A stretch of DNA of 63,035 bases, the filler included, from Octopus bimaculoides (taxonomy: Eukaryota), in the NCBI RefSeq assembly GCF_001194135.2. It is 4 parts of 4 records of this genome, joined end to end, with 100 filler letters (N's around TTAATTAATTAA, not from the genome) between each part and the next. Parts side by side here need not be neighbours in the genome. Positions count along the whole stretch, not along the records: positions 1 to 16,203 come from NC_068996.1; positions 16,304 to 37,072 come from NC_068998.1; 2 more parts are not named here. One strand, 5' to 3'. A program made the position numbers and the translations under genes. The notes beneath the pieces were generated by a model that searched no databases, was not told the DNA's origin, and worked only from the letters and a program-made list of their open reading frames with translations. Positions within the stretch are counted from its first letter, which is position 1; every line of letters starts with the position of its first letter. This document shows, piece by piece, positions 13,768 to 25,507 of this stretch.

Positions 13768-14763
13768 GTGGTGGTAGTAGTAGTGTAGGTGGTGGTGGTA
13801 GTAGTAGTAGGAGGNNNNNNNNNNNNNNNNNNNNNNNNNNNNNNNNNNNNNNNNNNNNNNNNNNNNNNNNNNNNNNNNNNNNNNNNNNNNNNNNNNNNNN
13901 NNNNNNNNNNNNNNNNNNNNNNNNNNNNNNNNNNNNNNNNNNNNNNNNNNNNNNNNNNNNNNNNNNNNNNNNNNNNNNNNNNNNNNNNNNNNNNNNNNNN
14001 NNNNNNNNNNNNNNNNNNNNNNNNNNNNNNNNNNNNNNNNNNNNNNNNNNNNNNNNNNNNNNNNNNNNNNNNNNNNNNNNNNNNNNNNNNNNNNNNNNNN
14101 NNNNNNNNNNNNNNNNNNNNNNNNNNNNNNNNNNNNNNNNNNNNNNNNNNNNNNNNNNNNNNNNNNNNNNNNNNNNNNNNNNNNNNNNNNNNNNNNNNNN
14201 NNNNNNNNNNNNNNNNNNNNNNNNNNNNNNNNNNNNNNNNNNNNNNNNNNNNNNNNNNNNNNNNNNNNNNNNNNNNNNNNNNNNNNNNNNNNNNNNNNNN
14301 NNNNNNNNNNNNNNNNNNNNNNNNNNNNNNNNNNNNNNNNNNNNNNNNNNNNNNNNNNNNNNNNNNNNNNNNNNNNNNNNNNNNNNNNNNNNNNNNNNNN
14401 NNNNNNNNNNNNNNNNNNNNNNNNNNNNNNNNNNNNNNNNNNNNNNNNNNNNNNNNNNNNNNNNNNNNNNNNNNNNNNNNNNNNNNNNNNNNNNNNNNNN
14501 NNNNNNNNNNNNNNNNNNNNNNNNNNNNNNNNNNNNNNNNNNNNNNNNNNACCAGGCAACCAACCACACTGTTTTATTTTCTATCCTTCATCGGTTTTTG
14601 CCTGTTTATATACAAACGCAAACAATTCTTATAACGCCAAAGCAAAACAAAAGTCTAAATAAATGTTTTAAAAAAACGAATAATAATGAAGTAAAGCACT
14701 AAAAAAAAAAACACCTCAAAATGAAATCAAAGAAAAATGATGACAGTAAAAACAGACAACAGC

Positions 14764-14825
<62 letters not shown>

Positions 14826-16487
14826 GAGAAAGGAAAACAAGAAGCACAAAATGAATGATAAAACGAGAAAAGGAGGAGGGAAGTAAAGCAATATACATTT
14901 TGTAAGTCGATGTTTCTTCAAAACCAGCTAATTTGCGTTAACTTAAATGTCTTCTGATACCATATAAAGAGAGCGATTTTAACCAAGTTTTCTTTATTAT
15001 ATGGCCAAACCCCTCCGGGGGCCGAAAATACGCGGGCTACAACTTACAATAGATGCCAAATGAAAACAGACAGAGAGAGAGAGAGAGAGAGGTGGGCGGG
15101 AGATAATAGTGTGCGTAAATAAGAAAGAGTAATAGAGATAAAGACAAGAGAAGTGAGAGGGAGAAAATATGAGCGCTTTTTCTTTTTGCGTTTTGTTTTT
15201 GTTTTTTTAAGGCAAGAGGAAGGACACATAGAAAAAATTGTCACTGGAAACGAAAGCAAGGAAGGAAAGAAAGAAGAAAGAAAGGAAGAAAGAGTTGTAT
15301 GAAGTAAGGGTAAGAAATAGAGAAATATAGAAATAGAGAAAGAATCATCGAAAGAAATCTAGAAAGAGAGAAAGGGAGAGAAAGAGAGCCCTAATAACAT
15401 ATTGTCCCATAAAATTAATTGATAGTCGAAAAAATCAATATCTAATAAGGTTCCAGAAGATAATGAAAGAGTCAGATCTTTTGTTCGTTTGCTGCTCATC
15501 ATCCGCTGATTCAACGATAAGAAGATTAGCAAACGCGAGGAAGAAAAATATGATTGAAACTGACTGCTTCTGTGGTTAGCGAAGGGATCGCGTCAGTGAC
15601 GGGCGGAGACGGAAGGGAGAAGAAAAATATGAACAGTTTGCGGGCTTGCTGCTTGCCTGATTGCCTGTTCGCCTGCTTCCCTGATTGCCTGTTCATTTGC
15701 CTGCATGCTTGCATGCCAGTATGCCCATCTGTCTGTTTGTCTGCCTGTCTGTCTGCCTCTCTCTCTCTCTCTCTCTCTCTGCCTGTCTGCGTGTCTTTTT
15801 GCCTGTCTTTTTTGGTTTTCTTGTTCCAGTTGTTGTTGCCTGCTGCTACTTTTGATGTTGTTCCCTGCTGCTACTTTTGCTTTACTTTAGCCTAAGGTCA
15901 ACCTTGATCAATGAAACTTATGATCAAAAGTCATCCAGCTATGTTTGTGGCCATCCTGTCTTTCTTTTTTTTTTTTGTATCGAAAATTTCTAACAATTTT
16001 TGCTTACCACTACATCAACGGCGTAATTTGATCGAGATTTGGCTGTTAATGCTAGTAAGTCAAACAACCACGAACTGATTCTCATTGTTAGCTATCGATA
16101 TATCGAAAGATACAGATACAAAAACAACAGACACACAGGTAGATAGATAGACAGATAGAAAGACAGATAGAAAGACAGACATATATATATATATATATAT
16201 ATANNNNNNNNNNNNNNNNNNNNNNNNNNNNNNNNNNNNNNNNNNNNTTAATTAATTAANNNNNNNNNNNNNNNNNNNNNNNNNNNNNNNNNNNNNNNNN
16301 NNNTTTATTCCTAAAGGTGGGGTTATTCTGAAGTCACTTCCTGTTTTGAAACAAACAAACAAACACCCCACCACCATCACCACAACCACCCCGCCCGCCC
16401 GCGTACCCTAAGAACGAAGTTTGGTAATTCTATATACGCAGCTCGTTTTCTGTTATGAATGATATGGTATTTACGTAGTGAATGGCC

Positions 16488-16595
16488 GGGTAGATAGGTG
16501 CTGCTGATGGCGGCGGCGGCGGCAGCGGGGTAGATAGGTGCTGCTGATGGCAGCGGGGTAGATAGGTACTGCTGATGGCGGCGGCGGTGGTGGCG
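16488..16595 (+). repeat. Three-copy GC-rich minisatellite GGGTAGATAGGTGCTGCTGATGGC(GGC)nAGCG
   Basis: Copies start at 16488, 16528 and 16556, with variable GGC number. Confidence 0.9.
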
Positions 16596-17303
16596 GTGGG
16601 TGCTGGTAGTAGTGGCGAAATCAGAAGGAACATTTCTAGAATGAAGGGCTTAAAAAACAGTGTTAACATTCTTGTGTAATAGATGATACGGAAAGGAAAC
16701 GACCCTAGATTTTTACGTACTTCAAGTTTGTTTTTAGTCATCGTTGTTGCTAAGGCCACACGTAATAACAAACTTCATTCCTTGATCAGGCGAAAATCTC
16801 TACAATCATATGAGATAGAATTAAATGATTTTTACGTGTGTATAAAAACTAACGTGTATCTATATAAACTTTTTCCTGGTGTATACAAACTCATACGTAT
16901 ATATATATATATATATATATACATGTACACACATAAATATATACATGCTTATATATATATATATATGCATATATAAAACTTAGGTGTGTCTGTATAAACT
17001 TTTGCTTAGTGTATATAAAGTATAAGTAAGAAACATAAACTCCTGTGTGTAAAGTGTTACCTAGTGTGTATATATTCTTCCGTTGCGTAGTTAATATAAA
17101 GTTTTGCGTGTGTCTATGAGGTACTCTATCGTGTATTTAATACTCTTGCAGGTGTATAATTTCTTAAGTGTGTAAATGTATACAAGAAAAAAAGAAAAAA
17201 GGAAGTCTGTCTAAATAATTTTTTTCCGTACTGTATAGAAAGTCTTCCATGTGTAAAAAACAAAACAAAACGAAGACCAAAAGCAAAAATCTCCGACGTC
17301 GTG

Positions 17304-17340
<37 letters not shown>

Positions 17341-17509
17341 ACAGGTCCCTCCGTAATCTAGGGTAATATACAAGCTGTTACATGTGTATATTACACAAAA
17401 TATATAAATTCTTAATTCTAATTCTAATGTATAGAGGGAGGGGGTCTCTTGTGTCTTTTTGTAAAGAAACCTACGTAGTATGTATAAAGACGTGTGTGGG
17501 TGTGTGATC

Positions 17510-17542
<33 letters not shown>

Positions 17543-17702
17543 CTGTGTGTGTGTGTGTATACAGAGTAGATGCAAGCTCTAATATATGATTTATAAAAAC
17601 ATGTGACATATTAATAAAAATCTGTAAATGTACAACCATCCAGATATCTGAGTACCTTATTATTTTTTCTAGTATATATATACATATATATATATATATA
17701 TA

Positions 17703-17817
17703 AACTGGCTGGAATTTCGAAGTCACTGTCAGTGACTGCGAAGTTCCGGCCAGTTAAACAAGCCATCACCAGGCTGCTGATGATGGGTTAGCTGGCCGAA
17801 ACTTCGAAGTCGCAGTC
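17703..17817. ncRNA. Inverted arrangement of degenerate type I hammerhead ribozyme motifs (retrozyme/Penelope-like remnant)
   Basis: Plus strand: CTGATGA 17777-17783, GAAAC 17798-17802, palindromic ACTTCGAAGT helix III, GTC 17809-17811. An inverted copy lies on the minus strand at 17775-17730, and a third 3'-half at 17703-17728. Confidence 0.55.
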
Positions 17818-18488
17818 AACTACAATCTTGTATAAAAACAATAAATGTGTACGCTACAAAGTTAAAGCCATTAGATTAATGTAAAATTGTTTTTATGGTA
17901 AACAAACATAAAAACAAAGACATATATATATATATGAAAGCACTGACAATGTACGTAGAATCTAACGTAATGTTTATTAAATATTACATAATGTCCATGA
18001 AATCTTGCGCAATATGTACTTAGAATCTTACGTGTGGGTACACACTTTCTCTCTCTCTCTATCTCTTTCACACACACACACTATAAGTATGTCTGTAAAC
18101 ACGTTCGTTTCATAAATAATATATGATGTATGTAAAAATCTTCTAGGATGTATTTAATATTTAATGTTATAGATATTGTTACATAAAATGGCCTGAGCCC
18201 TCTATTATATATAATAATACATAATATATTAGCAGAATGTCTAAATATTAAGTTGGATATAATACAATCTCACATGTTAACGCACGCAAATACACAACAG
18301 CACTTAGGTAATGCGTAAAAACTTATATAACGTGTTTAAACTGTTATTTTCAATATGTATAATATTACGTGTGTGTATGTACAATTCTGCATAATTGTAT
18401 ATAAGGGTTTACATGGCTTGTATAACCCTCTTCAGTGTGTATGTGTGAGTCTTCACGTGTATGCGTGTGTGCGTGCGTGTGTATGTGT

Positions 18489-18536
<48 letters not shown>

Positions 18537-20344
18537 ATATGTAAGGGATACGAGAAGAAAACTCCCTACTTTTTATGATACAAATCGTCTCAGAAAACAT
18601 GTAAACTTATGAAGATTGTATGTGTACGACCTATACACGTGTGTGTGTGTGTGTTACTTGAGAAGAAGGTCTTTTTATTACGAAGGAAACACCTTCTTTG
18701 GCATAGTTTTTTTTTTCTCGTGTTTTTCCTCTATTTTTCTTTTCTTTTTTCCCTCATTGCTATTGTTGTAGTCGTCGAGTTCATCGTCCTAGCCAATCCG
18801 TCACCGCCGCAACCGCCGCCAGCAATACCGTCCCCCGCTCCTCTTCCGCCATTACTATAGCCTGGCAGGGTGTGTGTGTGTGTGTTTAGTCAGCTCTGAT
18901 ACCAACGAAACGTAAATAAACTTCAGAAATAGAAAGCAACGAAGACGACGAGCTGTCATTATTGTTTAACCCTCGGCAAACCCAGACTGAGCAGAACTGC
19001 GATAAAAGACGCTCCGGCCACGACACTCCACGTCTTTCTCCCGTAGTTACGTATCTAATCACTGTTTTTCAATACAGTTCCTTTTTGTTTTATCAAGACA
19101 TAGGATGTGATAAATTCGAGAGAGATTTGGTTGTTGTTTCTAGCAGAGAGATCGACCACCATGCAGCATCCTTCAACGTTGGTTCTCGAGATTATTGATA
19201 ATGTTGCTGTTGTTGTTGTTGTTGCTTAGTCCCAAAGTCAACCCTGATCGATCACACCAACGGTCAAAGATGTTCCAACGGTGACCACCTCGTCGGTGTC
19301 AACACATGTCGATGTCATCATTGTTGTTGTTGTTTAACCCCAGGTCAACCCCAGGTCAATCCTGACCTTGTAAATCAATAATCTCAAACTTTCTAGTTAT
19401 GACAAATCTGTTAGTTTAGGTTTATCTTGGACTACACTATCTTAAATGTGCCAATATATTTATCTATTATTTGAGCAACGGTATTTGATTTCAAAGAGAC
19501 ATTGGCTGCTGTTTCTAGCGACTCGAACAACAGCAGAAATAAGTAACAGAAGTAACGAGTACAACAAGAACGACAACAGCTACAACTAACAATATTAACA
19601 ATAGTAATAAGAATAGCGACAAACGTTACAGTTGTAGCAACAACAGCGACAACAAGTGTATGAACAAGAACAACAAAAAGCGTAACAACGTGTTGCTATA
19701 AATGTTAATGGTAACATTTTTATGGAGGGGAGGTGCGTGTGTGTGTGTGTGGGGGGAGAAATGTGATGGAGGGTGCAGTTTTGTTATTGAAATAGAAGTA
19801 AACAAGGAGGCGGAGGAGGAAGAGGAAGAGGAGGGGAAGAGAAGGAGGAGGAGCAAGTTGACGCGGGAAGGACTGGTTCCTCGTTTTGTTTTCCGTCACC
19901 TCGTTGCTATGTAACTGTGAATGAAACGCATGACAATACGCAAGCGCGCACAGACACACACATAATGCATGCATACACACACACATATATGTATGCGAAT
20001 ATACACATAATCCGTCCGTCCGTCTGTCCATCCATCCATCCATACATATATGTGTACGTGTTGAAATATATATATATTTTATATATATACATGTAATATA
20101 TAAATTATATATATATAATTTGTATAACATATATACATATATACACGGTGGTGCATCAGCATGGCCGCAGCTCTAAGCTGAAACTTTAAAAAAAAAAAAT
20201 AAAAAAAATATGTTCATATGTATTATATAGGTATGTGCATGCCGTATGTACAACATATATATCTGTATATGTAAATATGCATATATTCATATATACATGT
20301 ATTCATAAACACAACATGGCCTACTCGAATAGAGAGTTGTATAT

Positions 20345-20530
20345 ATATATGGGAGAATATACAAAAAATAACAACAGACGAGGACAGGTGGTGTAAATAA
20401 CAAAAGTATATATTAGTATGACGCTCGGGAATACGGAAAGTCTTTGACGTTTCGAGCTACGCTCTTCAACAGAAAGAATACGGAGACAAGGAGAAAAAAC
20501 ACGGAGAAAAAAAATTGAATAGTGTTCAGT
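20345..20530 (-). mobile_element. Short interspersed element with a minimal type I hammerhead motif (20441-20477)
   Basis: Minus strand reads TCTTT CTGTTGA A GAG CGTAG CTC GAAAC GT C AAAGA: helix I 5 bp, helix II 3 bp, palindromic ACGT helix III. The core has U at the A6 position. Confidence 0.6.
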
Positions 20531-20582
20531 CAACGGTCAATGGATTTGATAAACGGAAACTGAAAGAAGCTAGTCGTATATG

Positions 20583-20639
<57 letters not shown>

Positions 20640-21360
20640 NNNNNNNNNNNNNNNNNNNNNNNNNNNNNNNNNNNNNNNNNNNNNNNNNNNNNNNNNNNNN
20701 NNNNNNNNNNNNNNNNNNNNNNNNNNNNNNNNNNNNNNNNNNNNNNNNNNNNNNNNNNNNNNNNNNNNNNNNNNNNNNNNNNNNNNNNNNNNNNNNNNNN
20801 NNNNNNNNNNNNNNNNNNNNNNNNNNNNNNNNNNNNNNNNNNNNNNNNNNNNNNNNNNNNNNNNNNNNNNNNNNNNNNNNNNNNNNNNNNNNNNNNNNNN
20901 NNNNNNNNNNNNNNNNNNNNNNNNNNNNNNNNNNNNNNNNNNNNNNNNNNNNNNNNNNNNNNNNNNNNNNNNNNNNNNNNNNNNNNNNNNNNNNNNNNNN
21001 NNNNNNNNNNNNNNNNNNNNNNNNNNNNNNNNNNNNNNNNNNNNNNNNNNNNNNNNNNNNNNNNNNNNNNNNNNNNNNNNNNNNNNNNNNNNNNNNNNNN
21101 NNNNNNNNNNNNNNNNNNNNNNNNNNNNNNNNNNNNNNNNNNNNNNNNNNNNNNNNNNNNNNNNNNNNNNNNNNNNNNNNNNNNNNNNNNNNNNNNNNNN
21201 NNNNNNNNNNNNNNNNNNNNNNNNNNNNNNNNNNNNNNNNNNNNNNNNNNNNNNNNNNNNNNNNNNNNNNNNNNNNNNNNNNNNNNNNNNNNNNNNNNNN
21301 NNNNNNNNNNNNNNNNNNNNNNNNNNNNNNNNNNNNNNNNNNNNNNNNNNNNNNNNNNNN

Positions 21361-21687
21361 ATTGTTCCAGTCATTAGGCTGCGGCCATGCTGGGGCACCG
21401 CTTTGAGAAATTTTAGACGAATAAATCGATGCTAGTATTTTTAACTGTTTTGCTAAACTGCTAAGTTACGGGGTTGCCAAGTGGTGGCTGGGGACAAACA
21501 CAGATACAAAGACACACACACACACACACACACATATTTATATATGACGGGTTTCATTCAGTTTCCATTGTACCAAATCCACTCACAATTGTAAAGGACA
21601 ATTGCCCAAGGTACCACACAGTGGGACTGAACTCGGAACCGTGTGGTTGATAAGCAAGTTACTTACCACACAGCCACTCCTGCGCCT
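21361..21687 (-). mobile_element. Family C SINE
   Basis: GCGGCCATGCTGGGGCACC ... TTTCAGTTTCC..ACCAAATCCACTCACAA ... GGGACTGAACTCGGAACC. Confidence 0.8.
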
Positions 21688-21698
21688 ACATACATACA

Positions 21699-21732
<34 letters not shown>

Positions 21733-21868
21733 AACTTTCTACTGGTGGGTTATATAATTCTAAAATATTGTTGTCTTTTCATCTTATTCGTACATCTCTA
21801 GTTACGAAGCATTAAATGCAAATATTACATTATATTTCTGTTTCTATTACGTCATAGTATTAAACTTG

Positions 21869-21899
21869 TTACTAACCTTCAACCATAATATATTTACAG
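21869..21899 (+). promoter_or_regulatory. Branch point and 3' splice site of the lin-28 exon
   Basis: TTACTAAC at 21869-21876 and TTTACAG acceptor (AG at 21898-21899). Confidence 0.85.
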
Positions 21900-22000
21900 G
21901 TGGGCGACGGAAACATGGGGGATGTAAATGGTTTAATGTGGCCCAAGGATGGGGTTTTATCACTCCAGATGACAAATCGCAAGATGTCTTTGTACATCAG
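21900..22000 (+). CDS. lin28: Lin-28 cold-shock domain exon (internal, phase 1 / phase 0)
   Basis: GT + 33 codons = [33 protein letters not shown]. The CKWFN..GWGF..DVFVHQ pattern is Lin-28 type rather than Y-box type (VKWFNVRNGYGF). Consensus CAG|GTAAGT donor at 22001. Confidence 0.92.
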
Positions 22001-22036
22001 GTAAGTTCAATTTCAATCTTTGCATGAAATGGAATC

Positions 22037-22096
<60 letters not shown>

Positions 22097-22229
22097 GGCA
22101 GCGAGCTGGCAAAAAACGTTAGCACACCGGGCAAAATGATTTGCAGCATTTCATTTGGCAAAAACCGGTAAACACTTTGTCCGGCATGCTAACGAGTCTG
22201 CCAGCTCAGCGCCTTCTCCACCAGCACAA

Positions 22230-22425
22230 GGTTATTTTATTCTTTTACTTGTTTCAATCATTTGACTGCGGCCATGCTGGGGCACTGCCTTTTAGTCGAG
22301 CAAATCGACCACCAGGTCTTATTCTTTGTAAGCCTAGTACTTATTCTGCTGGTTACTTTTGCCGAACCGCTAAGTTACGGGGGCATAAACACACCAGCAT
22401 CAGTTCTTAAACGATGTTGAAGGGA

Positions 22426-22501
<76 letters not shown>

Positions 22502-22668
22502 TATACGACGGGCTTCTTTCAGTTTTCGTCTACCAAATCCGCTCACAAGGCTTTGTTCGGCACGAGGCTATAGTAAAAGACACTTGCCCAAAGTGCCACG
22601 CAATGGGACCGAATCCGGAACCGTGCGGTTGGCAAGCAAGCTTCTCACCACACAACCCATCCTGCGCC
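22230..22668 (-). mobile_element. Family C SINE, near full length
   Basis: TTTGACTGCGGCCATGCTGG ... (CA)n ... GGGCTTCTTTCAGTTTTCGTCTACCAAATCC ... CTTCTCACCACACAACC. Confidence 0.85.
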
Positions 22669-23095
22669 TATTGATGATTATAAATATTGTCCGGTGATAA
22701 GCTACGATATCGCATGGTAACTAAAACGGAAGATACGATAGGATATCATCCAAGCCGAAGCTACTCCTTGGCTGTTAACATGGTCAGATTATAAACCAGT
22801 GAAGTCTATATAGATTTATATATCGGATATCTATATGTTTCTATACGTCTCTCATTTGCAATCGATATCTTCAGATTTGGCTGGAGAAAAAAACAAAAAC
22901 AAAACAAAAATAATAATAAAATGCACACAAGACATTAATAGCTCCGTTTTCAGTCACATGATACCTTAATTACAGTGTTGTTGTTATTGTTATTGTTTTG
23001 ACTTGTTTTTGTTGTTAATATGTTAGCTGAATCGTTTGCGCATCGGACAAAATAAAATGCTTAGCGCCATTTCTTCCAGCTCTTTATATTCGATT

Positions 23096-23235
23096 TCAAA
23101 TCCCGTCGAAGTCAACTTTACCTTTCAGCCTTTCAGGATCGACAAAATAAATAAATAAATAAACAATAACGTATCTGCCAAGCAGTGGATCGATGAAATC
23201 GTCAGGCCCCTTCCCCTCAAAATTGTGGCCTTTGA
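23096..23235 (-). mobile_element. Family B SINE fragment
   Basis: TTCAAATCCCGTCGAAGTCAACTTTACCTTTCAGCCTTTCAGGATCGAC matches the family body; orientation is read from the B-box-like segment and is uncertain. Confidence 0.5.
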
Positions 23236-25472
23236 AATAATTTGTTCTCGTGGCTCTTTTTATAGTTATTACTATTGTTGTTGTTAGTTTAGTTGTTATT
23301 GTTACGTTTGTTCTTACTCCTGCTTTCGCTGCTGCTACTGCTGCTGCTGCTGCTGCTGCTGTTAATAGCCTGTTTCTACTCGTCAATGGTTTGTCGGTAG
23401 TTTTCAACAACTTCTTCCAGTAATTAATGGCATAAATAATGCCTCTTGATTAACTCTTTAATTACGAAAGTCTTATTGGAACCTTACAATCAGCAAAAAA
23501 GAGTAATCTAGATTCAAGGATCATGAAGATGCCTTCACACAAGATTTGAACGTGCTTCCAGCTGCTAAATAGTCGAATGTGTTATTCACTGAGATATTTG
23601 CATTATTAGGTCGCATGAACCAACAAAACCAAGTGTCTTCTTTCTGGATACTCATCCTGACTACGTTTAAAGAAGAGCCTGGAAGGTTATGACGTTGCTA
23701 TTGTGAATATGATCAGTCTTTAGTAATTTTAAAGTGCAGCTCCACTGCATTGAAATTGTGTCAGTGGTTAGGGTCGTAGATGTAAGACGAAACTATTAGC
23801 CACTTTGTGGAAGTATACAATACGATCGACAGATAAAACTATGGTGGATATAACGGAATGTATGTATGAATGTGTGTGTGTGTGTGTATGTGTGAGTATG
23901 TGTGTGCGTATATATTTTTAAATGGTTGACATTACAGAAGAGGAAGCTGTTTCAGGTTCGGCTTACAAGTTGTCGGTTCAAACTATTGGCCAAGCAGACA
24001 CGACACCGATACGGACACACAACCCCCCCCCCCCNNNNNNNNNNNNNNNNNNNNNNCCACCACCACACACATATACACGTAGTGATAATTCATTTCTTAA
24101 AAGACTAAGTAAAAATAGAGCACTTAATACATTCAAGAGATGCTACTATTTCATGTGCATTCACTTTCTAACCTATTGACTTCGTCGGATACCTTCCACC
24201 TAGCATGAAACTTAAAGTAGTCTGTTGCAATTAAGATACTGCATGTAATAAGATCGTATATGTATACCTGTATGCGCACGCGCGCACACACATACATACA
24301 TACATACATGCATGTGTATGTGTGAGTGTGTGTATTCATATATGGGTCACTAACGAGAGTATAATGAATCAAATACATAATTCACATTGTTAGCGTATTG
24401 TCATGCAAATTAGACTAACCGATGTAGCGGAGTCCTAATTCGTATACTTTATAAGAAGTAATTGTAAGCTACTAATATGTCTTCGGACTGCTTAAGAACG
24501 CTGAAAATTGTTCATATATATATGTGTATGTGTGAGTAGCAAAGATGTAATGTTTTCATTAATCAATTAAAGGAATCGTTAGAAACGGCCGTAATGGATT
24601 GACACCTGTACCTCTTCGTTACTCACTTTTATTTTATTCACCTATCATGGAATCTGCGTTTCGTAAATTTTATAGACAGTATTTCTAATATAAAGTACAT
24701 GTCTAAATAGCTAAGAGCGGATTTCTTCGCTCAGCTGGATCTTATTATCTGCAGACACAGCAAGAACATCACGTGGTGGCACTTGAGCACCGAGTCTGAT
24801 ATTCACTTAATACTGTAGAATGCGCATGTTACTCAGACCTATGAAGGTGCCTGAATTTCAGTACCTAATTCAACTGAATCTTAATAGTATTATATGTGCG
24901 TGTGTGTGTGATTGTCTTTCATAGTACACCAGTTGACAATTAGTCTTGGTTTGTTTACGTACCTGTAACTTTGCAGTTCGACAATATGAGCGATAAAATC
25001 ACAATCAGATTTAAATATATATATATGTGTGCTCTAGGGGCGATTTGTATGGTTAAAGCCCTTCAAGGCGGTGCTACAGCATGGCCGTAGTGTAATAAGT
25101 GAAATAAGAAGTAAAATGTAAAAGGTCACATTAAATGACGTAGTTCTCGATACACTGCGTGTGTAAGGAAGAAAAGAGAAGAAAAAAAAAGAAGAAAAGG
25201 AATGCATAACGCCGGAACGATATTGTTTATAGGTTTGCGAGATAAGGACTAACCTGGGGCTAAATTACAACAGCAGTAACGACAACACCATTTGACACAT
25301 TTTATCGAAAAAATGAGTTATGGGGTGGGGGTGGGGGTAGATGTAGGGCTGATATCTAGGTTTCTAGGTTACCAATTTTAAGAAATATTTTTATTTTTAT
25401 TTCTCTCAACAAATAGCTGATAGTGTAGTAAAAAAAAAAAAAATAGAGGTCTTGAAATTTATTATTATTATA

Positions 25473-25507
<35 letters not shown>

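Noticed and set aside
16248-16259. TTAATTAATTAA inside an N-run, repeated identically at 37117-37128 and 39379-39390
   Set aside because: Each is centred in 44 N + 12 + 44 N = 100 bp and has stops in all six frames. It is an artificial scaffolding spacer marking joins of unknown size, not biology.
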